A stretch of DNA of 27,012 nt from an uncultured Oligoflexia bacterium (GTDB lineage Bacteria; Bdellovibrionota_G; CAYYBZ01): assembly GCA_964470285.1 (NCBI GenBank), contig CAYYBZ010000002.1:1-27012 (forward strand), written 5' to 3'. Below the pieces are notes generated by a model. It ran no database searches and was not told the DNA's origin. It saw only the letters and a list, made by a program, of their open reading frames with translations. Positions 9,967 to 18,539 of this stretch are shown in pieces. The position numbers were made by a program, and so were the translations under genes. Position 1 is the stretch's first letter; the number at the start of each line of letters is the position of its first letter.

Positions 9967-10074
9967 CATTTTTATATTTTTATGGTAGTATGTTTCGGGT
10001 TCGAGTCAATTGTCTGCAATGTCTGCAAACGGGACTCGAAAAATGTTGTTTGAAAACTTAAATTGAGATTAACG

Positions 10075-10102
10075 TTGACATCGATGTTAACATTAACATA
10101 AT
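10075..10102 (+). promoter_or_regulatory. Sigma70-type promoter candidate for tRNA-Asp
   Basis: TTGACA (10075-10080), 16-nt spacer, CATAAT (10097-10102). Confidence 0.5.
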
Positions 10103-10132
10103 CACAAACTGCTTTTAGCAGTTTGTGATTAT

Positions 10133-10133
<1 letters not shown>
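10097..10133. repeat. 17-bp perfect inverted repeat with a 3-nt loop abutting tRNA-Asp
   Basis: CATAATCACAAACTGCT-TTT-AGCAGTTTGTGATTATG; the last G is tRNA-Asp base 1. Confidence 0.95.
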
Positions 10134-10206
<73 letters not shown>

Positions 10207-10210
10207 TACG

Positions 10211-10243
10211 AAAAAAACCTCACCCTTGTGGTGAGGTTTTTTC
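10211..10243 (+). terminator. Intrinsic terminator after tRNA-Asp (potentially bidirectional)
   Basis: AAAAAACCTCACC-CTTGT-GGTGAGGTTTTTT. Confidence 0.85.
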
Positions 10244-10483
10244 ATATGAGTTGAATGAGAAACGAATCTCGCGTCCGACGTTTATCATTTCACGTCGGAG
10301 CATGAGTATACGGAATTACGAAATTGAGCTGTACTTGTTTAAAGAATGAATTTCGATGACCCCGTAACAAGCGGAGGGTTCGAGTATTACAACAGCAAAG
10401 ACTAAAAGCTATAAAATTTATTAAAACCACAGTTAAATCTATCCTAATATAATCTTTATTATCTAATACTTAAAGAATTATAT

Positions 10484-10515
10484 TTGTATTTATGTACAAT
10501 ATATTGTACAATATA
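10484..10515 (+). promoter_or_regulatory. Promoter plus palindromic operator of the wHTH-nucleotidyltransferase operon
   Basis: TTGTAT (10484)-N17-TACAAT (10507), overlapped by a perfect 18-bp palindrome TGTACAATATATTGTACA (10493-10510). The ATG is 7 nt after the -10 box with no SD (leaderless geometry). Confidence 0.7.
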
Positions 10516-10518
10516 CTT

Positions 10519-10890
10519 ATGAAAACGGATATATCTACAATTCTATCTTCAAAAGCTAAATACAGAGTTTTAAGAACTCTATTTTTGCAGAAAATTCCTA
10601 TACCCTTGAGACATATCGGATATCTTTCGAATCTTTACATCTATTCCGTACAGCAGGCCGTAAAAAATCTCTTAATAACAGGGTTAATTGAAAGAAAACT
10701 GAAAGGTAGGGAAACGCTTTATTTCTTGAATAAAAACCATAATATATATGCTGTTATTATAAATCTTTTTACATCGGAGATCGAAAACGAGATAAAAGAA
10801 CGTGCAAGGAACTATACCTTAAGAGCAAAAAGCTCCTTAGTCTTCGCAAACTCCGTTCATAAACTATTTAGCAATATGAGATCAAATTAA
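10519..10890 (+). CDS. Winged helix-turn-helix DNA-binding protein (putative antitoxin/autorepressor)
   Basis: ILSSKAKYRVLRTLF...PLRHIG...SVQQAVKNLLITGLIERKLKGRETLYFLN has an ArsR-like wHTH pattern. Start moved to 10519 because the 10492 ATG lies within the promoter/operator. Confidence 0.7.
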   Translation: MKTDISTILSSKAKYRVLRTLFLQKIPIPLRHIGYLSNLYIYSVQQAVKNLLITGLIERKLKGRETLYFLNKNHNIYAVIINLFTSEIENEIKERARNYTLRAKSSLVFANSVHKLFSNMRSN

Positions 10891-10891
10891 A

Positions 10892-11518
10892 ATGGATCTA
10901 ATTTCATTTTTTAAGAAAGTTCTTGAAAAACTTAAAAGAGAAAAAGTAAAGTTCGCCCTAACGGGTGGATTTATTGCTTCAGCTTACAGAACAACCAAAA
11001 GAACGACTGAAGATCTCGACTTCCTCATATTAGCAGAATCAAACACTCAAGAAATTGCCGATAAAATCATAAAAGAATTTGGACTAACACCACACATAAT
11101 AAGAAAATCAGACCTTGAAAGAAAACCCGGTTTTACAAAAAAGACCACACCTGTATATATGATTCTTGGAAAAGATAAAGAAAACAAAAAACCGGGGCTT
11201 GATTTTATTCTGCCTCCAATGCCCTGGTTTGAAGATGCTATTAATAGGGCTCAATTTAATAACATTGATTTCGGCATTGCTAAAGTTCCTTCCTTAACAT
11301 TAGAAGATTTCATTATCTCAAAGATCTATGCCGTCTATAATGATTCGAGTAGATTTAAGGATATGGATGATCTTAAATCTATATTTGAGGCAAAGCATGA
11401 TATTGACGAGGCTTATATATCCGGACAAATGCAAAAATTAAAAATAACTATTCACCCTAATCTTAAAAATTTCGTTCCAAAAGCCCTTCGCCTGGCTTCT
11501 AAAAAGATTAATAAATAA
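10892..11518 (+). CDS. Nucleotidyltransferase, AbiEii/DUF6036-like (putative type IV toxin)
   Basis: ALTGGFIA...RTTEDLDF (GG + DxD), third Asp in GLDF, C-terminal EDFIISK...RFKDMDDL. Coupled to the wHTH gene (1-nt gap). Confidence 0.75.
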   Translation: MDLISFFKKVLEKLKREKVKFALTGGFIASAYRTTKRTTEDLDFLILAESNTQEIADKIIKEFGLTPHIIRKSDLERKPGFTKKTTPVYMILGKDKENKKPGLDFILPPMPWFEDAINRAQFNNIDFGIAKVPSLTLEDFIISKIYAVYNDSSRFKDMDDLKSIFEAKHDIDEAYISGQMQKLKITIHPNLKNFVPKALRLASKKINK

Positions 11519-11623
11519 AATTCTAAAATTCACAGCGAGCCGGGTTCGAGTTAGTTTTACTATTTGCATTTTATTTTCGATCATGAAATAACTGTTTAAA
11601 TAAATTTTCTAGAAGGATTCAAG

Positions 11624-12976
11624 ATGCCAAAAGATCTATCTGAATTAAAACACACAACCGTTAATATAAAAGGTGGCGGTGAAGTAATAGTTCTTGATAC
11701 GGGAGCAATTATAGATGCTGAGGCCGAAGCAATGCTTCAATCCCTGCATTCAAGATCCACCGGTGGATTATGGAATCATCTTAAAATCCTTGCCGAAAAG
11801 GGCGCCGACAACTTCATGGAGAAATTTTATGTCGGTTACGGGCATCACTCAATAGGCGATTGCGCAGACACAACTATATTTATAGAAGGCGTATCTATGC
11901 ATGCTGCAAAGGCAGTTCAGGATAATTCCCTTTTCAGGGGACAGGAATCTTCGACTAGATATCTTGATTTTTCCAAGCAACCATTTATCGATCCGACTAA
12001 GAGCGAAAAGGGAAAATATCTTTTAGAAAAACAAAGACAATTCTACATTGACGCTCAGGAACCGACGCGGGAAACTTTAAGAGAGCTTTATCCAATCGGT
12101 GAAGGAGAAAAGCAAAATATTTATGAAAAGGCTATAGATGCCAGGGCTTTTGATATAACAAGAAGTCTTCTTCCGGCTGGAGCATCTACTAATCTTGCAT
12201 GGCATACTGACCTTCGGCAGGCGGCTGATAAATTATTATTTTTAATGCATCATCCGCTTAAAGAAGTCCGAAACATGGCTTCAAGTGTAAAAGAAGCGCT
12301 TGCGAAGCATCACACACATTCTTTCGGTCATGATATACCAAGTGAAACTGAAAAATATCAGGATTTAATAGCAGATAATTATTATTATCATGATCCGCAA
12401 TGCCCCTTAGAACCGACCGTAGATTTTAAAAATATTGATCGCAGCGAACTCGATAAATTTAATGAACTCTTCAAGAAAAGACCTCCCAAAACCGGACTTC
12501 CTAAATTTGTCGGGCAAATAGGAACACTTGATGTTAAGTATCAGCTCGATTTCGGTTCGTTTAGAGATATTCAAAGACACCGCGCCATCAATCAGCGATT
12601 ACCTCTCCTGACTAAGGAGCTTGGATTTAATAAATGGTATGTCAATAATCTTCCTGAAAAAATTAGTAATAAATTGCCGGAACATTTAAAAACAATTGAG
12701 AATTCAATAGATGAATTGAAAGTTTCTAGAAAAGAGCAACAGTATTTCATACCAATGGGATATAACATTTCGAATAGATTTACCGGAGACCTTCCGGCAA
12801 CAATTTATATGGTTGAAATAAGAGACTCAAGATTCGTGCATCCGACTCTGCAAAAAGTTGCTCATAATATCAAAAAACAAATTGAAGAGAATTTAGGGAT
12901 ACGATTGAATGTTGATCCCGAGCCTAATCGCTTTGATGTTAAAAGAGGACAGCAGGATATAATTCTCAAAAAATGA
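11624..12976 (+). CDS. thyX: FAD-dependent thymidylate synthase, long tandem-domain type
   Basis: GYGHHSIGD and QESSTRY in the N-terminal half, DFGSFRDIQRHR in the C-terminal half. 450 aa; SD AAGGA. Confidence 0.8.
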   Translation: MPKDLSELKHTTVNIKGGGEVIVLDTGAIIDAEAEAMLQSLHSRSTGGLWNHLKILAEKGADNFMEKFYVGYGHHSIGDCADTTIFIEGVSMHAAKAVQDNSLFRGQESSTRYLDFSKQPFIDPTKSEKGKYLLEKQRQFYIDAQEPTRETLRELYPIGEGEKQNIYEKAIDARAFDITRSLLPAGASTNLAWHTDLRQAADKLLFLMHHPLKEVRNMASSVKEALAKHHTHSFGHDIPSETEKYQDLIADNYYYHDPQCPLEPTVDFKNIDRSELDKFNELFKKRPPKTGLPKFVGQIGTLDVKYQLDFGSFRDIQRHRAINQRLPLLTKELGFNKWYVNNLPEKISNKLPEHLKTIENSIDELKVSRKEQQYFIPMGYNISNRFTGDLPATIYMVEIRDSRFVHPTLQKVAHNIKKQIEENLGIRLNVDPEPNRFDVKRGQQDIILKK

Positions 12977-13002
12977 TAAGGTTAAGATATTAGATTCTGC
13001 TC

Positions 13003-13761
13003 TCACTTGTAATTGGCAAGATAAACTTTTCTTTCAACCTTCACATACTGTTCGGGTTTTAACACCGTACTGTTACATTCGCTGTCAAAGTTCGAGGAAC
13101 CCGCAAAATGTACCTTGGGAACTACTGCTAGAATGATTTTTATCATTCTTGGAGGGTTGTTGGCATCACCCGGTGAGCAATCCCCGGATGAATCAGTGTC
13201 CTGACATTTTCTGAAATTTGTAGAGCTCTGACACATGCACGGGATATTGTTTTCGCTGTCCCATAGAATAAACTTTACGCAGGCATTGTTTACAAGAGTC
13301 ATCATGGCTTTTGCCGAAGTCGCCTGATCGTAATACTCCTTAACAAGGTCATATCCGTTCATAGAATATCTCTCACAGCAGCATGAAATCTGGGGATCCA
13401 TAGAATTACGGGGGCATGTTGCTTCGATTTCGTTTGTAGAGCAGTTGCATGACGGGAAAGTAAAAAGTGAATATCTGATCTCTTCATTGCTGCCGTGATA
13501 CTGCAGTCCGTATAAAGGAAAATTGCTGCTGTTAATCTCCGCTGAAGGGTTATACCCTATAAGCTTCATATCTGTAGCCATGCTGTTAATCGCAACGGTT
13601 GCATTTCTTCTCATGATGCTCAGCTTGGCTGAATCGCTCATGGAACCGACACCCTTCATCATATGGCGGTAAACTGCCAGAACCACTATTGCGGATAAAA
13701 CTAAAGCGACTAAAAGCTGGGGTATCGTAAAACCTTTAGAGTTTTCAATTCTTCTAATCAT
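13003..13761 (-). CDS. Type IV minor pilin, PilW-like, Cys-rich
   Basis: Prepilin leader KG|FTIPQLLVALVLSAIVVLAV, ...MKLIGYNP motif, C-terminal VYLANY. 12 Cys. Confidence 0.75.
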   Translation of the reverse strand: MIRRIENSKGFTIPQLLVALVLSAIVVLAVYRHMMKGVGSMSDSAKLSIMRRNATVAINSMATDMKLIGYNPSAEINSSNFPLYGLQYHGSNEEIRYSLFTFPSCNCSTNEIEATCPRNSMDPQISCCCERYSMNGYDLVKEYYDQATSAKAMMTLVNNACVKFILWDSENNIPCMCQSSTNFRKCQDTDSSGDCSPGDANNPPRMIKIILAVVPKVHFAGSSNFDSECNSTVLKPEQYVKVERKVYLANYK

Positions 13762-13778
13762 TTCAACTTAAGTTAATA

Positions 13779-16124
13779 TTATACATTAGGTTCCGGTATT
13801 TCCTTAATTGATTGTAGAATAATTTTAACCTCGTGATCGGCTGACGGAGGAGGGTAAATACCGTAATTTTTAACGTGTTTTGTTATCCACTTTGCCGGCG
13901 TATAAAAGAATTTCCATGCTCTTAAGTACCAGTTATTTACTTCGGTGCCGCCGTTTTTAGGCGGGAAATTATCGGATCTCCATAGAGCCAGAGCAGAGAT
14001 ATTTCTTATTATTTTTGACCCGCCCCAGGATTCTATGAGAGGATGCTCCATCCCTGACGGCATACCGAGCCCGATCATATAGGCCAAGTTATAAGTTGTC
14101 TGGCTTGCAGGCGGAGGTCCTTTAGGACCGCTCGGCTGCCAGCCGTAGCTTTCTGACCAGGAGGAAGGATCCCATGAATTTGATAAAAATCCCAGCATAT
14201 CGCAGTTGACAGCAGCCGGAGGCTCAATCTTGTTTCCATCCTTATCAGTAAACACTTTATCGGTATTGAAGTCCCCCTGAATGAATGTCATAAGATTCGT
14301 AGAAACGGTTAAACCTTCAACTGGAAGTGAAGAACCGTTTTTAAGCATAACTATGTCCATTTCTCCTGTTTGATTCGGATTACAGGCCTGTACGCATCCT
14401 TCATCCGGATCACATTCCTGTGTGCAATCGCTGCCGTCTTCGGCCACGCAAAGTTCGGAATTTACCCCGCCGTTTGAGTTGTCCGGGTTACAGGCCGGAT
14501 CGGGATAATGTATTTCACCGGTTTTAGCTTTTAACGAACCGACATATATGTGCTTAATTGAATAATTCTTGAGCTGAGGATCGTTTTTCAAAGCATTTAT
14601 ATCAACAGTAATCGTCCTTGCAATTCTTCCCGTAGTCGGCAGATAAAAGTCATTCGAACCGTCAAAGGTTATTATTCCGTTATCTCTCAGATATTCATAT
14701 GAAAAAGGTCCGCTTGATATTTTATTGCCGGCACCGTCTATGGATGTAAATGTGCCGTCTTCGCCTCTAAGAACCTTAATGTTTGTCTTGCCCCATTTCT
14801 GAATTTTCATGTTGTCAAAATTGTAAGGGATACCGTGAACGTTGCTGTAGCCGGGCTCAATAATTCTTCTTTGAGCGTTATTGTTGCTTGTCATGTCTTC
14901 GTCTTTTAAATCCTGATACATAGGCGGATAAATTCTATAGCCGTCGGCATCTGAACCATACTTATTATCTGAATTAAGCCTTTCGTTTAAAGCCGCCGAT
15001 GAAGTATCAACCTTAACAGAATAAATAGTATAGCCATGCGGTGTCGTTTCAACCCAGCATTCCGGGTCGTCCCGATCAGCACAATCCGAAGGTGCGGGAT
15101 CGGAAGAATCTAAAAGATCACCGTACTGAAGGTTCTGATGAAATGGGACCCATGTATCTTCCTCGGTTTCAACCTGAACGATTCTTCTCCATTCTCCGGA
15201 TGTGTTCAAATACGGTCTGTAATTATAATAGTTTGCCTTAAACACTCTCCAGATATTACCGGTAGCCGTCAAGGCTTTAGTGCCCGATTCAAAATCATTG
15301 GGAATAAAATCAATGGGCCCGCCTATTGTGGCTGCCCTAATATCCTTATTTGAATGCAATCTTCCGTTAATAACTGCATGACTTCCGGGCATCATTGTTA
15401 TTGTATCGTCAGACAGGAAAAGCCATTGAAAGATAGGAATATTATGAATGCTTACAGTGGCCTCAAGGGTTGTCTTTGACATATCTGTTTTCGATGTAGC
15501 CCTTACAATAAAACTGTAAATTCTTCTTGTAACGTTAAGTCCTGTGTAATTTGTTGTTTCAATATAATTGGGCATAGTGAATTTATCTTCAAGTGTTTTT
15601 GTTTCACCTTTTGCATCCATTTTACCTACTGTTACAAGTTCAATATCAAACTTATCATCGATATTTGACAGTCCATTCGGTAAAACAGAATTCTTCAAAT
15701 AGAGATAACTGCAACCCCAGATTAGGTTGGTAAGAGTATCCCCGCCCCATTCAGGAGGAGGATTTGTCCAAAGATACAGGGCGCATTCCTGTAAATAACC
15801 CTGGGGGTTAGTAATCGGATCCACTGTTAATGGAATATTCTCAGGCATTTCAAATCCGCTTTCCGGATCACTCAATGAGGGTTCATAGTAAAGCCTCTGA
15901 GCTCCGTTTTGCTTCACATCGTCCATAAGGTTTTTAACAATCTTTTCAACAGCACTTTCAGCGGCATAATAACTGGCCGTTTTTCTCTTTACGTTACTGG
16001 ATGCCTTTAGGTCCGTATTGCTTCTTGATAAAAAAGCCAGTCCCATAACGGATAAAACGACAAGCGCTATAACGCTTACCATTAAAAGCGAGCCTTTCTC
16101 GCGATTTAAAAAGGATGATCTCAT
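13779..16124 (-). CDS. Large PilX-like protein (PilX N-terminal pilin domain plus large C-terminal domain)
   Basis: KG|SLLMVSVIALVVLSVMGLAFL and ASYYAAESAVE match the PilX N-terminus. Start moved to 16124 (SD AGGGAGG). The C-terminal PAAVNCD..FLSNSW, TTYNLA, IESWGG and YPPP pattern is recalled from large PilX-like proteins. Confidence 0.75.
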   Translation of the reverse strand: MRSSFLNREKGSLLMVSVIALVVLSVMGLAFLSRSNTDLKASSNVKRKTASYYAAESAVEKIVKNLMDDVKQNGAQRLYYEPSLSDPESGFEMPENIPLTVDPITNPQGYLQECALYLWTNPPPEWGGDTLTNLIWGCSYLYLKNSVLPNGLSNIDDKFDIELVTVGKMDAKGETKTLEDKFTMPNYIETTNYTGLNVTRRIYSFIVRATSKTDMSKTTLEATVSIHNIPIFQWLFLSDDTITMMPGSHAVINGRLHSNKDIRAATIGGPIDFIPNDFESGTKALTATGNIWRVFKANYYNYRPYLNTSGEWRRIVQVETEEDTWVPFHQNLQYGDLLDSSDPAPSDCADRDDPECWVETTPHGYTIYSVKVDTSSAALNERLNSDNKYGSDADGYRIYPPMYQDLKDEDMTSNNNAQRRIIEPGYSNVHGIPYNFDNMKIQKWGKTNIKVLRGEDGTFTSIDGAGNKISSGPFSYEYLRDNGIITFDGSNDFYLPTTGRIARTITVDINALKNDPQLKNYSIKHIYVGSLKAKTGEIHYPDPACNPDNSNGGVNSELCVAEDGSDCTQECDPDEGCVQACNPNQTGEMDIVMLKNGSSLPVEGLTVSTNLMTFIQGDFNTDKVFTDKDGNKIEPPAAVNCDMLGFLSNSWDPSSWSESYGWQPSGPKGPPPASQTTYNLAYMIGLGMPSGMEHPLIESWGGSKIIRNISALALWRSDNFPPKNGGTEVNNWYLRAWKFFYTPAKWITKHVKNYGIYPPPSADHEVKIILQSIKEIPEPNV

Positions 16125-16205
16125 GATCATTACCTCCCTTAACTTACTGTTTTTATATCTATATTTTTTATTCATTTTAATCTCCCTTTTCTTTTCTTTA
16201 TCCAT

Positions 16206-16221
16206 TGCAAGTTGCATACCT
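16206..16221 (-). promoter_or_regulatory. Sigma54 (-24/-12) promoter candidate for the pilX-pilW-like operon
   Basis: The minus strand reads AGGTATGCAACTTGCA, i.e. GG-N10-GC, close to the TGGYAYR-N4-TTGCW consensus. Confidence 0.6.
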
Positions 16222-16321
16222 AGCGCTCAAAACCGTAACTAACTGTTATTAATTGATTATTCGGCAGTAAATTCACCATTGCCAATCTGGGCTCGAAAAT
16301 CAGATGGAAAAGATTTTATTG

Positions 16322-16367
16322 ACTTGAATATAAATCGGTTCTGTGATCTCAAGTACTTGAATATAAA
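16322..16367. repeat. 13-bp direct repeat plus 12-bp palindrome; candidate activator binding site
   Basis: ACTTGAATATAAA at 16322-16334 and 16355-16367 (33-bp spacing); TCAAGTACTTGA palindrome at 16349-16360. Confidence 0.65.
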
Positions 16368-16473
16368 GGCTTATTATTCACGCAATTTTTGCATAGAGCT
16401 TCGCTAAAAGTTAGGGTAAGAATAAGACCATAAAAAATTTTTCTAACTCAAGTATGTAAAAAACGGAGTTTTA

Positions 16474-17922
16474 GTGACTTTTAAAATTGTCGTTCTATCG
16501 CTTTATGCTCTCATGATTGTAGTAATCGGAATTACTGCTATGAGAAAAACAAAATCATTTTCCGATTATTTCCTCGGCGGCGGTAAAATCGGTGCATGGA
16601 TGACCGCATTTACTTACGGAACAGCATATTTCTCAGCTGTTCTATTCATCGGTTTTGCGGGGAAAATTGGCTGGTCGTTCGGTTATTCAGGTCTGTGGGT
16701 TGCCATAGGCAACGCTCTGTTGGGAGTTCTGGGTGTATGGTGGCTTATCGGATGGCGAACAAAAAAAATGTCGCTTGAGTACAAAGTTTCGACCCTTCCC
16801 GAATTCATGGAGAAGAGGTATGGGTCAGGATTTTTAAAATTATTTTCAGCTGTCTGTATTTTTATATTTTTTATTCCGTATTCCGCAGCGGTTTTTATAG
16901 GCCTTTCTTACCTTTTTCAATCCAACTTCAACATTGAATATACTTACGCTTTAATTTTCATGGGAACTTTTACCGCTTTTTATCTTGTAACCGGCGGATA
17001 CAGGTCCATGACAATGATTGATGTAATTTTCGGAATAATCATGACTGCAGGTGTTATGGTTCTTTTAACCAGTGTTACCTCAAAGGGCGGCGGGTTTTCA
17101 CAAATCACCGCTTCGTTAAAGAACATAAATCCGGAACTAATCTCCGTTGTCGGTCCTCCCGGTTTCTGGCCTCTTTTTTGTCTGGTTTTCTTAACCAGCG
17201 TAGCTCCGTTTGCCATGCCGCAGCTTATTCAGAAATTTTACGCAATTAAGGATAAAACAGCTGTCAAAAGGGGAATGATATTTTCAAGTCTTTTTGCAAT
17301 TTTTATAAGCGCTATAGCATATTTTACGGGGGCAACCTCAAGGATATTTCTTTCTGCGCAAAATGCACCGAACGCATTTAAAGGAGGAAAACCAGTTTTT
17401 GATGCCTTAATCCCTGAACTTTTAGATAAAGTTGTTCCTCAGTCTCTTTCAATCTTAATGCTGATACTTATTCTATCTGCCTCAATGTCCACTTTGGCCG
17501 CATTGGTTCTAATCTCCAGCTCCTCTCTGGCCAAAGATATTTACGCAGGTTTTATGAATAAAAATGCATCGGATAAAAAGCTCACCGTTTTAATGAGATT
17601 TGCAAGCGCATTTTTTATCCTTCTTTCAGTTATTCTGGCCTATTTCAAACCTTCAACAATCGTGGCAATTCTGGCAATTTCATGGGGAGCAATCGGGTCG
17701 GCATTTCTGGGGCCGTTTATCTGGGGTCTTTTTACAAAAAGAGCGGGTAAATTCGGAGCCATAGCATCTTCTACCCTGGGTCTTTTAACTTGTCTGATAC
17801 TTTACATGGAAGGGAGACCATCCCCCGAAGCCGGAACAATAGGCATGATGGTATCACTCGGATTCAATCTCATATTTGTTCCCTTTTGGATTCTTCGGCC
17901 CACCCGCAACCGAAATACTTAA
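16474..17922 (+). CDS. Sodium:solute symporter (SSS family)
   Basis: DYFLGGGKIG, about 13 hydrophobic segments, ILSASMSTLA motif. GTG start with SD GGAG. Substrate unknown. Confidence 0.9.
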   Translation: MTFKIVVLSLYALMIVVIGITAMRKTKSFSDYFLGGGKIGAWMTAFTYGTAYFSAVLFIGFAGKIGWSFGYSGLWVAIGNALLGVLGVWWLIGWRTKKMSLEYKVSTLPEFMEKRYGSGFLKLFSAVCIFIFFIPYSAAVFIGLSYLFQSNFNIEYTYALIFMGTFTAFYLVTGGYRSMTMIDVIFGIIMTAGVMVLLTSVTSKGGGFSQITASLKNINPELISVVGPPGFWPLFCLVFLTSVAPFAMPQLIQKFYAIKDKTAVKRGMIFSSLFAIFISAIAYFTGATSRIFLSAQNAPNAFKGGKPVFDALIPELLDKVVPQSLSILMLILILSASMSTLAALVLISSSSLAKDIYAGFMNKNASDKKLTVLMRFASAFFILLSVILAYFKPSTIVAILAISWGAIGSAFLGPFIWGLFTKRAGKFGAIASSTLGLLTCLILYMEGRPSPEAGTIGMMVSLGFNLIFVPFWILRPTRNRNT

Positions 17923-18070
17923 TCAGATACTGCACATCAGAGATATATACCCTGCCTTTGCATCCATTCATAAAATCCTATTCTTTTAATACACCATTTA
18001 TACTCATAGATAATTGCATAGCTTATCTTTTTCTTCTGATCTATAATTTTACTTTTAATTTTGGAAATCT

Positions 18071-18490
18071 TTATCTCAGTTTCGTTGAACTGACCCAGCC
18101 TTTTTCCCCGTATTTACATTTGAAACGTTTTTTCTTTCCAAATTCTTCATCAGTCATTTCCATCTGCTCAGGCAAGGCAAAGCCGAACTTTTCTGCATTG
18201 CTTTCCCTAAGGGGTTCGATAGAAATCATTCCGGGACCGTTGTCGTAATAAGCTTTCAAATGCTTCATCTCCACTTCGACATCGAAATCTTTTACTTTTT
18301 TCTTTATTCTGGCATGAATCTCCTTTAATTCTAAAGAATCTGAAAAATTATTTTCATTTCTAGATATTTTTGATTTACCGTACTTAGAGCTATTTAGCTC
18401 TTTAACGTCTGTTGCAGTTGCAGAATCGGAGGATTCCTTCTTTGAACATGAAAGTTTATAAAATCATACACAAAACGATACTACTTGCAT
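18071..18490 (-). pseudogene. Probable lipoprotein gene interrupted by an in-frame TGA in the signal peptide
   Basis: Manual translation: ATG at 18490 (preceded by AGGTG) gives MQVVSFCV*FYKLSCSKKESSDS..., in frame with the 18274-18071 ORF. One TGA at 18466-18464, and an LSC lipobox-like motif. Confidence 0.5.
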
Positions 18491-18539
18491 CACCTGATTT
18501 AATTGTTAGAATATTTTAATACTGTAACGGGAGATTAAT

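Larger units (their letters stand above)
10376..11551. mobile_element. Putative small accessory cassette (wHTH + nucleotidyltransferase) bounded by GGGTTCGAGT direct repeats, downstream of tRNA-Asp
   Basis: Identical 10-mers at 10376-10385 and 11542-11551 match the tRNA-Asp T-loop. The region is visibly AT-richer than the clp operon. No integrase is present in the window. Confidence 0.4.

Noticed and set aside
16125-16217. 31-aa N-terminal extension of the PilX-like ORF
   Set aside because: It covers the sigma54 promoter and leader; the SD and prepilin leader point to 16124 (or 16130).
18464-18466. Alternative genetic code or selenocysteine readthrough of the TGA
   Set aside because: TGA terminates tig, clpP, clpX and menG at conserved positions; no SECIS-like hairpin or redox motif was seen.
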